DNA of 64,000 bases from the NCBI GenBank assembly GCA_018399255.1, contig JAGYPA010000006.1, positions 12,529-76,528 of the forward strand. Reading direction: 5' to 3'. Position 1 is the first letter of the stretch. The number at the start of each line of letters is the position of its first letter. The position numbers and the translations under genes are program-made. A model generated the notes under the pieces. That model saw only the letters and a program-made list of their open reading frames with translations, was not told the DNA's origin and did not search any database. Shown in pieces: positions 8,977 to 18,673 of this stretch. Source of the stretch: Spirochaetales bacterium (GTDB lineage: Bacteria > Spirochaetota > Spirochaetia > JABMQR01).

Positions 8977-10068
8977 TCATCCTCCTAATCTGAGCCGACT
9001 GCCGTCTCCGGCAGCAAAGAACAGCAATTTGCTTTTGGGTATGCAGACTGTCACCCGGGTGCTTTCTTCCCGGAAGTCGGAATGCTCGGAAATGTATTCG
9101 TTAACGGTGAGGATTTGCCCCTCCCCGATTTTTACCCGGTATATCACGTCTGCACCAAGATACAGGGCTTTGGCAACCTCCCCTTTTATGGCGATAGTTT
9201 CGGGTGGGGTGGGTTGTCCGGGCAGGAGAATTCGGACATCTTCGGGACGGAATGCTGTCCGGTATTCTTCAGGTTTTTTATTTTCCGGTACCAGGAGACT
9301 GGGACGGGAATCACTATCCAGAAAACTCAGCATATCCTGTCCGGTAAAAAGGTTCATGCTGCCGACAAAGGTCGCGACAAACTCATTTGCAGGATCGCGG
9401 TATATTTCCCAGGGAGTGCCTATCTGCTGGACTTTTCCGAAATTCATTACTGCTATCCGATCGGAGATTACCAGCGCTTCCTCCTGGTCATGGGTTACAT
9501 AGACTGCCGTTATTCCCAGCTGGCGCTGTATATCAAGGATGTCTTCTCGCATCTGAATGCGCAGTTTGGCATCGAGGTTAGATAGGGGTTCGTCGAGCAG
9601 CAGCAGCCGGGGTTCTATCACCATTGCCCGAGCCAGACCTACCCGCTGCTGCTGGCCTCCTGAGAGCTGATCAGGAGTGCGGCTCTCGTAGCCAGTGAGC
9701 TGTACCGTTGCCAGCGCTTTAGCCACCCGCTTTGTAATATCTGCTGCCGGCACTTTTCTGTTTTTAAGGCCGAAGGCCACATTTTCTGCAACGGTCATAT
9801 GAGGGAACACCGCATAATTCTGGAATACCATCCCGATATCCCGCTGATGGGCCGGAACTTTATCTATTATGGTATCACCAATATGAATATGTCCCGAATC
9901 CTGCTGGTAGAATCCGGCGATAGTCCGCAAAAGGGTTGTTTTTCCGCAGCCGCTGGGACCCAGCAGCGTAAAGAATTCCCCTTCGGGAACTTCAATATCC
10001 ACCGTATCCAGAGCTACTACGCCAGGGAAAGTTTTTTTTATCTGTTCAATATGAATACGCTTTGCCAT
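8977..10068 (-). CDS. ABC transporter ATP-binding protein (PotA/FbpC type)
   Basis: 363-aa ORF with Walker [10 protein letters not shown], signature LSGGQQQRV and Walker B LLLDEPLS. It has a C-terminal regulatory (TOBE-like) extension and a 1-nt gap to the permease. Confidence 0.92.
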   Translation of the reverse strand: MAKRIHIEQIKKTFPGVVALDTVDIEVPEGEFFTLLGPSGCGKTTLLRTIAGFYQQDSGHIHIGDTIIDKVPAHQRDIGMVFQNYAVFPHMTVAENVAFGLKNRKVPAADITKRVAKALATVQLTGYESRTPDQLSGGQQQRVGLARAMVIEPRLLLLDEPLSNLDAKLRIQMREDILDIQRQLGITAVYVTHDQEEALVISDRIAVMNFGKVQQIGTPWEIYRDPANEFVATFVGSMNLFTGQDMLSFLDSDSRPSLLVPENKKPEEYRTAFRPEDVRILLPGQPTPPETIAIKGEVAKALYLGADVIYRVKIGEGQILTVNEYISEHSDFREESTRVTVCIPKSKLLFFAAGDGSRLRLGG

Positions 10069-10294
10069 TGGCTTAACCTCACCTTACTGTACGCTTTTTC
10101 AGTACACGCTTCCATACTTTACGCTTTTTTCGTCACTGGACGATTCGTCATGTCATATCTTTTCACTTCACCAATAGGCAGAAAAGCACAAAAGCCCGCT
10201 GCCGTTATAGACGGTGACACCGGGCTTTCATGAGATCAGGACACAGCTGCAGCAGTGCTGCAGCTGTGATCCATCCAGCATTGCTGCAGCATTG

Positions 10295-11305
10295 CTACAA
10301 ATTCAGCTCCATCATATATTCACGGAACTGAGCGATAAACGCATCCCGATTGGCTGCGGACCAGCCGAAATCATACTCAATCGTGTTAATTTCGCTCATA
10401 GGGGGCAGTCCGGGAGGAGTCGAAGCATCTTTACGAACAGGTCTTCGGCCCATTTGCTGTACCAGAAAATTCTGAGCCTTTGAGGACATTGCCCAATCGA
10501 CGAACATTTTTGCGCCTTCCGGATTCGGTGCGCCTTTTATGACAGCGATTCCATCGGGAGCAGCAATCGCCCCATCTTCGGGATACACTATTTCAACCGG
10601 CCCTCCTCCAAGGACAAACCTCTGGGCATTATCTTCCAGGGTAACCGCCACAGGAACTTCACCGTCATTTGTCAGCCGCGATACAGCTCCGGAGCTTGAG
10701 GCAATGAAGAAATTCTCCATAATCGATCGGTAGATACCCCACCCTTCCTCATCAGCACCGTAAATAGCCAATACGTTGGCTAGCTGCATATATGAAGATC
10801 CTGACTGGTCTGCACGGGCAGTGCTTACCCCGGCGATGCGATCGCTGGCCAGATCTTTCCAGGTGCGTGGATACTGATCCTCGGTGAGCATGTCTGTGTT
10901 GACAAGGAAGACATTCATGATTCCCGTATAGGGCAGCCAGTTGGTGCCGACCTTGTAGACATCCTCTATCATGTTCCAATCTTTCGGCGTATACTTTTCC
11001 AGCAGATCATTATTCTGTTCCAGAGCTTCTCCGCCGATACTCCATATTACATCAGCCTGGGGATTTGCCGATTCGGCCCTGACCCTGCTGATGACATCGC
11101 CGGAACCCATTTTTATAACCTCAAGCTCTATATCGGGATGATCTTCATTCCAGAGCTGCTTCATGCCGGCTATAATGGTATCTTCGTGGGCTGAATACGC
11201 CACCACCTTGCCGGTGCGTTCATCGGCTGCTGCGGAAAACAGGAATGCCGAGCCTGATACCATCACGATACTAAGCAGGATCGCGATTTTTCCTCTCATC
11301 TTCAT
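10295..11305 (-). CDS. Fe3+/polyamine-type ABC substrate-binding protein
   Basis: Part of track ORF 10295-11398. I moved the start to ATG 11305, which has GGAGG upstream, giving the signal peptide MKMRGKIAILLSIVMVSGSAFLFSAAA. It resembles the AfuA/FbpA-like family-1 SBP. Confidence 0.85.
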   Translation of the reverse strand: MKMRGKIAILLSIVMVSGSAFLFSAAADERTGKVVAYSAHEDTIIAGMKQLWNEDHPDIELEVIKMGSGDVISRVRAESANPQADVIWSIGGEALEQNNDLLEKYTPKDWNMIEDVYKVGTNWLPYTGIMNVFLVNTDMLTEDQYPRTWKDLASDRIAGVSTARADQSGSSYMQLANVLAIYGADEEGWGIYRSIMENFFIASSSGAVSRLTNDGEVPVAVTLEDNAQRFVLGGGPVEIVYPEDGAIAAPDGIAVIKGAPNPEGAKMFVDWAMSSKAQNFLVQQMGRRPVRKDASTPPGLPPMSEINTIEYDFGWSAANRDAFIAQFREYMMELNL

Positions 11306-11453
11306 ACTTTGACCTCCTAGAGTCATTATTCTGTGGACCAACCAGTAGTTACCCACAAACTCTAGATTAAGTATGAGGGGTAACAAATAATCTACCAATC
11401 GGAGAATTTTCCGAAAACCAGTACTATTTTACGGTTTGCCAATCGGGACTCAT

Positions 11454-11517
11454 TATCTGCTGACGGGTGTATCTGCTGACGAGTTTATCTGCAGACGAGC
11501 GTATCTGCAGACGAGCG
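11454..11517. repeat. intergenic 16-nt tandem repeat x4 (TATCTGCWGACGRGYG)
   Basis: Four consecutive 16-nt units, seen directly. The unit length is not a multiple of 3. Confidence 0.8.
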
Positions 11518-11657
11518 CGCAGGCATATTGGATTATCAGGCATAATGGCGTACTATAGAGTTGCTATGGTTCCCGTAAAGACTGCCGGACAGCAATTTTT
11601 ACAAGGATCCCTGCAGATCGTGCGGCAGCTGCAGAACTCCAGACTCAGGAGGATTCC

Positions 11658-12953
11658 ATGTTACGAACCGCCGCTGTCATACTGACAGCTGCTATGTTTT
11701 TCTTTTCTACAGCCATTGACGCAGCTCAATCAGAGAAACCTGAAGATACGGTAACCATTACCTACTGGACACATGCAGATCCTAACCGTACGCCGTTTGA
11801 GGAGCGACTTGCAGCCGAGTTTGAAGCGGCAAATCCGGGAGTTTCCATTGAACGGGTCACGTATCTATCGACCCAGATTGCCGAGAGACTGCTTACCGCC
11901 TTTGCCGCAAATCAGGGTCCCGATATTTTTCATACCCAGCTTGAGGACAGCTTTGCGTTTATTACCAACAAGCTGGCTGCTCCGGTATCTCTCGAGGCCT
12001 TCAATGCTTCAGACACCCGGCAGATTCTCGACCGGTACGTTGACGGTTCCCTGGATCCGATGTATATCAACGGCAGCCTGTACGGCATTCCCCTTGAACT
12101 GCTCAACTGGTGCATCTATATTAATGATCGCATTTTTCGCGATGCCGGCCTCGATCCTGATACGGACTACCCGAAAACCTGGGAAGATGTTGTCCGGCTG
12201 AGTGAGCAGATTGTTCTCAGGGACGGCGATACCATAATCCGTCGCGGGTTTGACTTTCGCTATTCGGATTACCTTATAGCAATGGTTCCGATGGTGGAGC
12301 AGCTGGGCGGACAGCTGGTCAGTGATGACGGCAAAACCGCGATAGTGGGAGAGACTGCATGGCTCGATTTTTTACGATTTATGCAGCAATGGGGGCCTGA
12401 AGGGAAAAATCTGGGCTCACCCACCTATCGGCTTGCCAGGTTTCTGTTCAATTATGACAATAATGAGATTGCAATGATACACACGGGAATGTATCAGCAG
12501 GCACGAATCATGGCTGACAATCCCGAGTTTTATGCAAGCGGCGACTGGCGGGTTGTTCCTTTTCCGGTATTTGAACATGCTGTGGAGGACATTGCCTCAT
12601 GTCACTATGGACAGTACCTGATGGTAAACAGTCGGGCTGCCGCGGAACAGCAGTATTATGCTTGGAAGTTTATCAATTTCATGCAGCAATATGCCGAAGA
12701 ATACCTGGAAATTCGCATTATTCAACCCTCGAAAGCGCTTATGGAGAGCGAGCTCTACCTGAGCACCCCGTACGCAGAAGTCTTCAAAAAGGATATGGAG
12801 CGCTCAAACGTTGTGTATCATGCTCGGAACAGCACCAAACTTCAGGAGCTGATCAAGATTGCGGTTGAATCGGTTATGCTCGACGGCATATCGCCGGAAC
12901 GGGCCTACGCAACCCTTAAAGCCCATGCCCAGGAAGTACTTGACGGAAACTAG
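11658..12953 (+). CDS. extracellular solute-binding protein (sugar type), orphan, adjacent to the YesMN-like sensor pair
   Basis: 431-aa ORF with AGGAGG upstream and a signal peptide (AAVILTAAMFFFSTAIDAAQS). It has a family-1 SBP character and no permease genes next to it. Confidence 0.85.
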   Translation: MLRTAAVILTAAMFFFSTAIDAAQSEKPEDTVTITYWTHADPNRTPFEERLAAEFEAANPGVSIERVTYLSTQIAERLLTAFAANQGPDIFHTQLEDSFAFITNKLAAPVSLEAFNASDTRQILDRYVDGSLDPMYINGSLYGIPLELLNWCIYINDRIFRDAGLDPDTDYPKTWEDVVRLSEQIVLRDGDTIIRRGFDFRYSDYLIAMVPMVEQLGGQLVSDDGKTAIVGETAWLDFLRFMQQWGPEGKNLGSPTYRLARFLFNYDNNEIAMIHTGMYQQARIMADNPEFYASGDWRVVPFPVFEHAVEDIASCHYGQYLMVNSRAAAEQQYYAWKFINFMQQYAEEYLEIRIIQPSKALMESELYLSTPYAEVFKKDMERSNVVYHARNSTKLQELIKIAVESVMLDGISPERAYATLKAHAQEVLDGN

Positions 12954-13000
12954 CGGGCTGATGGGTCAGATATGGCTGACGGGATTATCAGGCTGATGGG

Positions 13001-13819
13001 TCAAAGGCGGCTGCGATATTCCCGGGGGCTTAATCCGACGACGCGGCGGAATACTTTAGCGAAATATGCTGAATCGTTATATCCGCACTGGTCGGCTACC
13101 TCTTTAATCCGGTTTCGCGGATCACAGAGAAGGGTTCTGGCAGCAGCCATTCTCTGCTCGGTAAGCACCTGCACAAATGTCTTGCCGGTCTCTTTTTTAA
13201 AGATGCTTGCCAGATGACCTTCTGTGATATCCAGATGCCTTGCGGCTTCAAACAGTGATACATCGTTCTGGTAATACTTCTGGATAAACATGAGAGCTTC
13301 GTATACCAGCGCGTTATACGTATCAGCGTGGGCATCGGCATCAGCTCGGGCATCGGCATCAGCTCGGGCATCGGCATCAGCTCGGGCATCGGCATCAGCT
13401 CGGGCATCGGCATCAGCCTGAGCACTTGCAAAGCGTACAGCTGTCGAGTTCCGGCCGTGAAGTTTTATTACCGCACGCTGAAGGGCCTGCCGCAGCTCTT
13501 CATCATCAACCGGCTTCAGAATGAAATCTACTGCGCCGGCTCGAAGCGCTTTCTGAGCATATTCGATATGGCTGAATCCGGTAATTACTATCGCGGTCTG
13601 GTACAGAGGCTCTTCCAGAAGCGAAAGCCCTTCTCCATCGGGAAGCTTTATATCGGTAATGAGAATATCTGGGACGGGTTTCCGCCAGCACGATTTTGCT
13701 TCCGACAGGTTGGAGGCTGTACCGCACACTTCGCAATTTACGCTTCGCCACGAAAATGTCTCTGTCAGTTCCCTCAGAAGGGGCAGTTCATCTTCTACAA
13801 TGACAACTTTGAGTTTCAT
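13001..13819 (-). CDS. response regulator with AraC-type HTH output (YesN-like)
   Basis: 272-aa ORF. The REC domain reads MKLKVVIVEDE...DILITDIKLPDG...FILKP. The C-terminal AraC HTH reads DPRNRIKEVADQCGYNDSAYFAKVFRRVVGLSPREY. The ADADAR repeat sits in the linker. The ATGA start overlaps the upstream kinase. Confidence 0.9.
   Translation of the reverse strand: MKLKVVIVEDELPLLRELTETFSWRSVNCEVCGTASNLSEAKSCWRKPVPDILITDIKLPDGEGLSLLEEPLYQTAIVITGFSHIEYAQKALRAGAVDFILKPVDDEELRQALQRAVIKLHGRNSTAVRFASAQADADARADADARADADARADADARADADAHADTYNALVYEALMFIQKYYQNDVSLFEAARHLDITEGHLASIFKKETGKTFVQVLTEQRMAAARTLLCDPRNRIKEVADQCGYNDSAYFAKVFRRVVGLSPREYRSRL
13326..13420 (-). repeat. in-frame 18-nt tandem repeat x5 (ADADAR units)
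   Basis: Coding-strand unit GCTGATGCCGATGCCCGA. Four perfect copies plus one variant lie in the REC-HTH linker. Confidence 0.9.
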
Positions 13820-14019
13820 CCGAATATCCTTATCACTGCCAGGGTGGTATCTTTTTCCGGGAGAGACTGAACTCAGTTCTGCTGCCGTAAATCAGATACA
13901 GACGCTTTTTCACATTGCCAAGCCCTATTCCTGATCCCCGGGAGGCGATGCATCGGCCCGCAGTCCGGGACCGTTGTCCTCTACCCTCAACTCCAGCGTG
14001 TCGCTTGTGAGCCTGGTTT

Positions 14020-15531
14020 TCAGGGTAACGGTAACCGGCTGCGAGCTTTTTCCACCCCGTGCATTACTGCATTTTCAATCAGCGGTTCTATGATTAATTT
14101 GGGTATCCTGACGGATGCCGCATTCGGGTCTAAATCCATATCTGGAATTATCCGATCCTGAAAACGGATTTTCTGGATATTGAGATACCGCTGCACCTGT
14201 TCCGTGATCTCACTCACGGGCACCATCGCTTCGGTATCTGATAGAGAAAACCGCATTATTTTTCCAAGGTCGGTAACAATTGCTGAGACCGCTTCGAAGT
14301 CACCTAATTTTGCCATTGATTTGACGGCTCCCAGGGTGTTGTACAAAAAGTGGGGCTGGATTTGTGCCTGAAGGGCTCTCCGTTCAGTTTCCCGCAGGAG
14401 CTGTTCTTCTTCCCGTATCTGCTGTATAAGGGAGGCGATTGTCTCAACCATACGGTTATAGTGGAAAGTCAGCTCTTCCAATTCGTCACGGGGGGGCTGG
14501 AGGTCGGGTTCGGGCAGCGGCAGCGGTCCCTGAGGATTGCTGGTCATCGCCTGGATCAGGCTGTCAATCGGGCGGCTGATGGATCGGCTTATGCGGACGG
14601 AGACAATTGAGGTAATGATGGAGGTTCCCGCTACCAGAGCCAATCCGATCAGCAAAATCTGCCGGAGGGTATCAAAATAGGTAGAAAGTTCGGTAATCAT
14701 GATTACTGACAGATCGTTCCAGGTTTTCCAGGTGAGGTCCCGGCGGTGTACCAGTTGATGCGGGGTCGGCTGGCGGTAGTATTCTTCTGTGAATACTATT
14801 CCCAGGTCGGGATATTCGGAAAAACTGGTTGGGTCGTGAGGCTGCAGCAGATTAAGGCTGCTGAACTGAACTCTGTCTACGAGAAAGATTTTGCTTGACG
14901 CCCATATCTGTAACGGGGATTTCAGTGCCTGTGTCCTGACATCTATAAATATCACGCCGTTTTCTATGGGGAACCAGATGCTGAAGGCTATCTGGTTGCC
15001 TTTTGAGCCGGGGCCGGGGGCGAGCAGGAAGTGAGGCCCGGACGAGCCGGTACCTGAAATAAACAAGTCACGAACCTGCTGATTGGTAAAATCATAGCGT
15101 CGGGGAAATTCTGTTGAGGAAAACTGGCGAAGCCCATCGGAAGAGGTTACGTGCACTTCAACCATTGTAAGGTCGCCATGGAGCTGTGCGAACAGCTGCT
15201 TATAGAGTTCCAGCTCTATTTGCGGGGCAAGCTCGGGATCGTTTTTCGAGACCCCCTTCAGTATGGCTGGCTCTTTCGACAGGTTTTCTCCTATCGTTGT
15301 AAATTTGAGCACCGTCTCGTCAATTTCCTCAGCTACCCGTTCGGTAAAATTGCTGCTGATGTTCTGGACATAGCTTACCACAAGCGTGTTCCCCCACACC
15401 AGGACCAGCAGGCAGGCAACAGCAAGCGGGAGGGTTCCGATAAGTGAATACGACAGCAGCAGCCGATAGAATATCGATTTAATGGAAGCTCTCATTTTCC
15501 GTATGGTATCACATTTACAGCTTTTCCACAT
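14020..15531 (-). CDS. sensor histidine kinase (YesM-like: TM, HAMP, His_kinase), ATPase end displaced by frameshifts
   Basis: 503-aa ORF containing LQAQIQPHFLYNTL (PF06580-type H box). The HATPase tail continues in other frames down to 13816: SQPVTVTLKTRLTSDTLELRVEDNGPGL, GSGIGLGNVKKRLYLIYG, EKDTTLAVIRIFG*. The three shifts all sit at homopolymers (T5 14047-14051, C4G3 13936-13942, T5 13852-13856). Confidence 0.8.
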   Translation of the reverse strand: MWKSCKCDTIRKMRASIKSIFYRLLLSYSLIGTLPLAVACLLVLVWGNTLVVSYVQNISSNFTERVAEEIDETVLKFTTIGENLSKEPAILKGVSKNDPELAPQIELELYKQLFAQLHGDLTMVEVHVTSSDGLRQFSSTEFPRRYDFTNQQVRDLFISGTGSSGPHFLLAPGPGSKGNQIAFSIWFPIENGVIFIDVRTQALKSPLQIWASSKIFLVDRVQFSSLNLLQPHDPTSFSEYPDLGIVFTEEYYRQPTPHQLVHRRDLTWKTWNDLSVIMITELSTYFDTLRQILLIGLALVAGTSIITSIVSVRISRSISRPIDSLIQAMTSNPQGPLPLPEPDLQPPRDELEELTFHYNRMVETIASLIQQIREEEQLLRETERRALQAQIQPHFLYNTLGAVKSMAKLGDFEAVSAIVTDLGKIMRFSLSDTEAMVPVSEITEQVQRYLNIQKIRFQDRIIPDMDLDPNAASVRIPKLIIEPLIENAVMHGVEKARSRLPLP

Positions 15532-15540
15532 AGCCTGTTT

Positions 15541-15622
15541 CAGCTGTCTGCCAGCATTCTGCCAGTTGTTGTTCCAGTTGTTTTTTCAGCTGTTCTTCCA
15601 GTTGTTCTGCCAGCTGTTCTGC
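15541..15622. repeat. intergenic degenerate tandem repeat (CCAGYTGTTNTT units)
   Basis: Runs of CAGCTG/CAGTTG-containing units lie upstream of the kinase start. Confidence 0.6.
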
Positions 15623-15759
15623 GGGGTGCAGGTGCATGGGTAATGGAAAGAAACCTGCCCTCAGGGATGCGAAGGTACTGACAAGCACCATTTTATTCTT
15701 TCATCATCCGTTGTTTTCCCGTATAGTAGAGATATCTGTTTAGCTGAGGAGGGCGCAGG

Positions 15760-17676
15760 ATGAAAAAACAACAGAATACTGCTATATATCAAATCAAGAT
15801 CACTCTCGACAACATACGTCCGCTTATATGGCGGCGCATTCTGGTACCTGAAAACTTCACCTTCTATGATCTTCACGAAATCATTCAGCGTGTTATGCCG
15901 TGGGATAATGACCACATGCATACATTTTTCCTGAAACCTCAATATCGATCTCGCAGCGAGGTTTTAACAATCGGCGATAAGGAAATGGATCCGGATACCG
16001 ACATCAATGAAATGGATGCTCTGCTCAATAAGTGGATTACCCCTGAAACTCCAAAATTATCTTACGTCTATGACTTTGGAGATGACTGGATCCATACCAT
16101 TCAATTGGAAAAAATCCTTGACCCCGCCCCCGATCCGGGCAGTCTCTATCCCGTCTGCATAAAGGGCAAGAGAGCTGCCCCGCCAGAAGACTGCGGGGGT
16201 CCGTGGGGCTACAAGCAACTCTACAATCGGATACAAACCTTGAGGTCAGAAATCGCCAATTCTTCAGCCGATTCTTCCAACGACGTTGAAGATTATGGCT
16301 TCTTTGATAAAAGATTCCTCCTTGAGTGGGATTTTGAGCATTTCGATCCGAACGAAATGGATCTCCATCCTCAGAAATTGACAGAGCCTGAAATCATGGA
16401 CGATTTCGACGAAGACGACGATTCCGAAAATTTCGACGATTCCGACGAAGACGACGATTCCGAAAACTTCGACGATTCCGACGAAGACGACGATTCCGAA
16501 AATTTTGACGAGTTCAACGAAGATGTTTTCAGCAATGGCCCGGTTAGTGCCGACATCATATTTGATTTGATGCTGGCTTCACCTGACTTTGTCGATCGCT
16601 TCCCCACTATCGAAGAGGCTGAAGTTTTTATCAACATGCTCAAAGACGCGGCAGACGGCAGGGAATTCAGTTCGGTAGAAGATTTCAGTCAGTTTATCAA
16701 CACCATGGCAAGCGAGGTTAATAACATACCCCCAGTCGATTTTTTTGGTCTCGATCCCCAGGTAATGCTCGATTTTCTTGAAAATGACTTCAGCGAGCTC
16801 AACCAATATGTCGAATTGGACCTGTCTGACATACCTGATGATACCATCCTCATGATTCCCATCATGCAGAAGCTCCTCTATCTTGTTTCCCTCTACGAGG
16901 AGCATGCCGGTCGCCTTCCTCTCACCAACACCGGCAGCTACAAGACTACTGTCGTCAAGCAATTTCAGACATTCCTCAACGCCGGCCAGTTCCCTACCGA
17001 ATCGACCCGTGAGAATCTGGTACCCGATCTTCATCTTCTCCACAGCTTCCTCCGGAATCGGAATTATCTTAAGGATCGGAGCACCTACAGCGAACTGAAA
17101 GATCCCACGTGGTGGCAGGATCTCACCAATAAGGCTGGCCCGCTCTACAAAGACCTTTTTTTCTTCACTGTGGATTATTTTGACTGGCTGGATCTCATGG
17201 GCGAACCCAGCCTTGCCTATTCTGAATTTGACTTGATTCAGGATTCAGCCGCAGTCTCCCTCTATCTGCTTAAGCTGAAAGCTCAAACACCTATTACCGG
17301 CGGCTGGTTCTTTTCCTATTACTGCGATGCCTTTCCATTTTTTGCTCCTTCCTTTCAGGAAAGCTGGAAGGTTGATGCTGAATCTGACGAATCTGACGAA
17401 TCTGACGAATCTGACGAGGTTGACGAGGTTGGAGAAGTTGATGATTCTGACGAGGCTCTCTTTCTGGAGTTCATTGCCTATCAAAAATTGTTTCTTGTCC
17501 ACTTCGCCGAAGATTTTGGTTTTGTCGACTCCATTCTACCCTACGATGAGAACCGAACCGACTTTTTTAACTTGTCGCTTGAGATCACCTACGTTGCAAC
17601 GCCATTTTACGATGCTGCCATCAAATGGAAATTGCCTCTAGATACAGATGGTGCGCGTGTTTTAAAAGGTGTCTGA
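15760..17676 (+). CDS. plasmid pRiA4b ORF-3-like (MM3350-like) domain protein with acidic repeats and a long uncharacterised C-terminal region
   Basis: 638-aa ORF with GAGGAGG upstream. The N-terminus reads YQIKITLDNIRPLIWRRILVPENFTFYDLHEIIQRVMPWDNDHMHTFF...YVYDFGDDWIHTIQLE...PPEDCGGPWGY, which is the canonical PRiA4_ORF3 motif set. Confidence 0.85.
   Translation: MKKQQNTAIYQIKITLDNIRPLIWRRILVPENFTFYDLHEIIQRVMPWDNDHMHTFFLKPQYRSRSEVLTIGDKEMDPDTDINEMDALLNKWITPETPKLSYVYDFGDDWIHTIQLEKILDPAPDPGSLYPVCIKGKRAAPPEDCGGPWGYKQLYNRIQTLRSEIANSSADSSNDVEDYGFFDKRFLLEWDFEHFDPNEMDLHPQKLTEPEIMDDFDEDDDSENFDDSDEDDDSENFDDSDEDDDSENFDEFNEDVFSNGPVSADIIFDLMLASPDFVDRFPTIEEAEVFINMLKDAADGREFSSVEDFSQFINTMASEVNNIPPVDFFGLDPQVMLDFLENDFSELNQYVELDLSDIPDDTILMIPIMQKLLYLVSLYEEHAGRLPLTNTGSYKTTVVKQFQTFLNAGQFPTESTRENLVPDLHLLHSFLRNRNYLKDRSTYSELKDPTWWQDLTNKAGPLYKDLFFFTVDYFDWLDLMGEPSLAYSEFDLIQDSAAVSLYLLKLKAQTPITGGWFFSYYCDAFPFFAPSFQESWKVDAESDESDESDESDEVDEVGEVDDSDEALFLEFIAYQKLFLVHFAEDFGFVDSILPYDENRTDFFNLSLEITYVATPFYDAAIKWKLPLDTDGARVLKGV
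16405..16512 (+). repeat. in-frame 36-nt tandem repeat x3 (FDDSDEDDDSEN)
   Basis: Seen directly inside CDS 15760-17676. Confidence 0.9.
17380..17453 (+). repeat. in-frame 9-nt tandem repeat (ESD x4, then DEV variants)
   Basis: GAATCTGAC x4 followed by GAGGTTGAC variants, inside CDS 15760-17676. Confidence 0.9.
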
Positions 17677-17710
17677 CACCCTGAGTGCTGCAGTGGAGTG
17701 TCTGACACCC
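17668..17710. repeat. GGTGTCNGACACC palindrome element, two copies
   Basis: GGTGTCTGACACC at 17668-17680 overlaps the stop codon of the upstream CDS. GTGTCTGACACC follows at 17698-17709. Confidence 0.8.
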
Positions 17711-17753
17711 CACTGCACCCGACACCGTACAGCACCCTGGTTTGATGTTTCAG

Positions 17754-18653
17754 CTATGTGATGTCATATTCCAGCTGCAGCGGAATTTCCGCGGCATCAG
17801 ATTCGGGAAGAGAGAGAAACTTTCTGACTATTGCGGCATTATCGGCAATAAGTTTCGCCCGCCGCCGGGGCTCAGGGGCGGCATTGATCAAGTCATAGAG
17901 CAGCTCAACTTTAACAGCCTGCCCCGCGCCTGCGCTGCCGGACAGAACAGCTTTAGTTATGGAAAAACTGCATCGTTCAATGCGGGCTTCCTGACCGACC
18001 CGTGAAACATAGAGATTCAGCAGGATAGAGTATTCCCCCCTGCGGTCAAAGGGCTCCTTGATCACTCCTGCCTCACCGATAAAATTGCCAAGCGAATAGG
18101 TGACAATCTGATTATCATTCAGCTTGGTGAAATCGGACCCGTGAACCACATGCTCATGATGTCCGATTACCGCATTCACCCCGTGATCAATCAGAAAGTT
18201 CCCCAGTGCTTTTGATTCTTCAGACGCCTCCTGATTATACTGCCCGCCCATATGGGTGAGACAGATTATAAGCTCTGCCCCCGCGGCTCTGCAGGAGTTG
18301 ATATCCTTGATCATCTTTCTGCGGATACTGCGTCGCCTTTCACGGCGCTCATATACCGGCAAGGCAAACTGACGCGGCAGCAGCAGCTTACCTGCCTGAC
18401 CGTACATCTTTGCAAAAAGCGTATCTGGATGATGAAACCAGTATCGTGAAAGCAGGCAGCTCAGTTCCTGCTTCTGTGTAAGATTTACCATAAACCGCTC
18501 ATGCCGCTTCAGATAGCAGCGGTTCAGAAAGGCATTGGTCCCGTACGTATAGGAAAGAAAACCAACCTTCAAGCCTCCTATCTCCCTGATAAAGGGCACC
18601 CGCTCCTCACGTGAAGCATATGTTCCCACATGATCCAGCCCGATGCGGTCCAA
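17754..18653 (-). CDS. CapA/PGA_cap-family metallophosphatase, 5'-truncated fragment
   Basis: 299-aa ORF with a TTG start. It contains LKVGFLSYTYGTN and NAVIGHHEHVVHG, typical of the C-terminal two-thirds of CapA-like proteins. About 100 N-terminal residues are absent, and the reading frame opens right after the palindrome element at 18674-18702. Confidence 0.6.
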   Translation of the reverse strand: MDRIGLDHVGTYASREERVPFIREIGGLKVGFLSYTYGTNAFLNRCYLKRHERFMVNLTQKQELSCLLSRYWFHHPDTLFAKMYGQAGKLLLPRQFALPVYERRERRRSIRRKMIKDINSCRAAGAELIICLTHMGGQYNQEASEESKALGNFLIDHGVNAVIGHHEHVVHGSDFTKLNDNQIVTYSLGNFIGEAGVIKEPFDRRGEYSILLNLYVSRVGQEARIERCSFSITKAVLSGSAGAGQAVKVELLYDLINAAPEPRRRAKLIADNAAIVRKFLSLPESDAAEIPLQLEYDIT

Positions 18654-18673
18654 AGACTGCAGTGCATCTGTGG

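Noticed and set aside
15512-15637. 41-codon minus-strand ORF (MHLHPAEQLAEQLEEQLKKQLEQQLAECWQTAETGYVEKL) upstream of and overlapping the kinase start
   Set aside because: It is created by the CAGCTG/CAGTTG tandem array, has no Shine-Dalgarno sequence, and overlaps the kinase start out of frame. It is most likely a by-product of the repeat.
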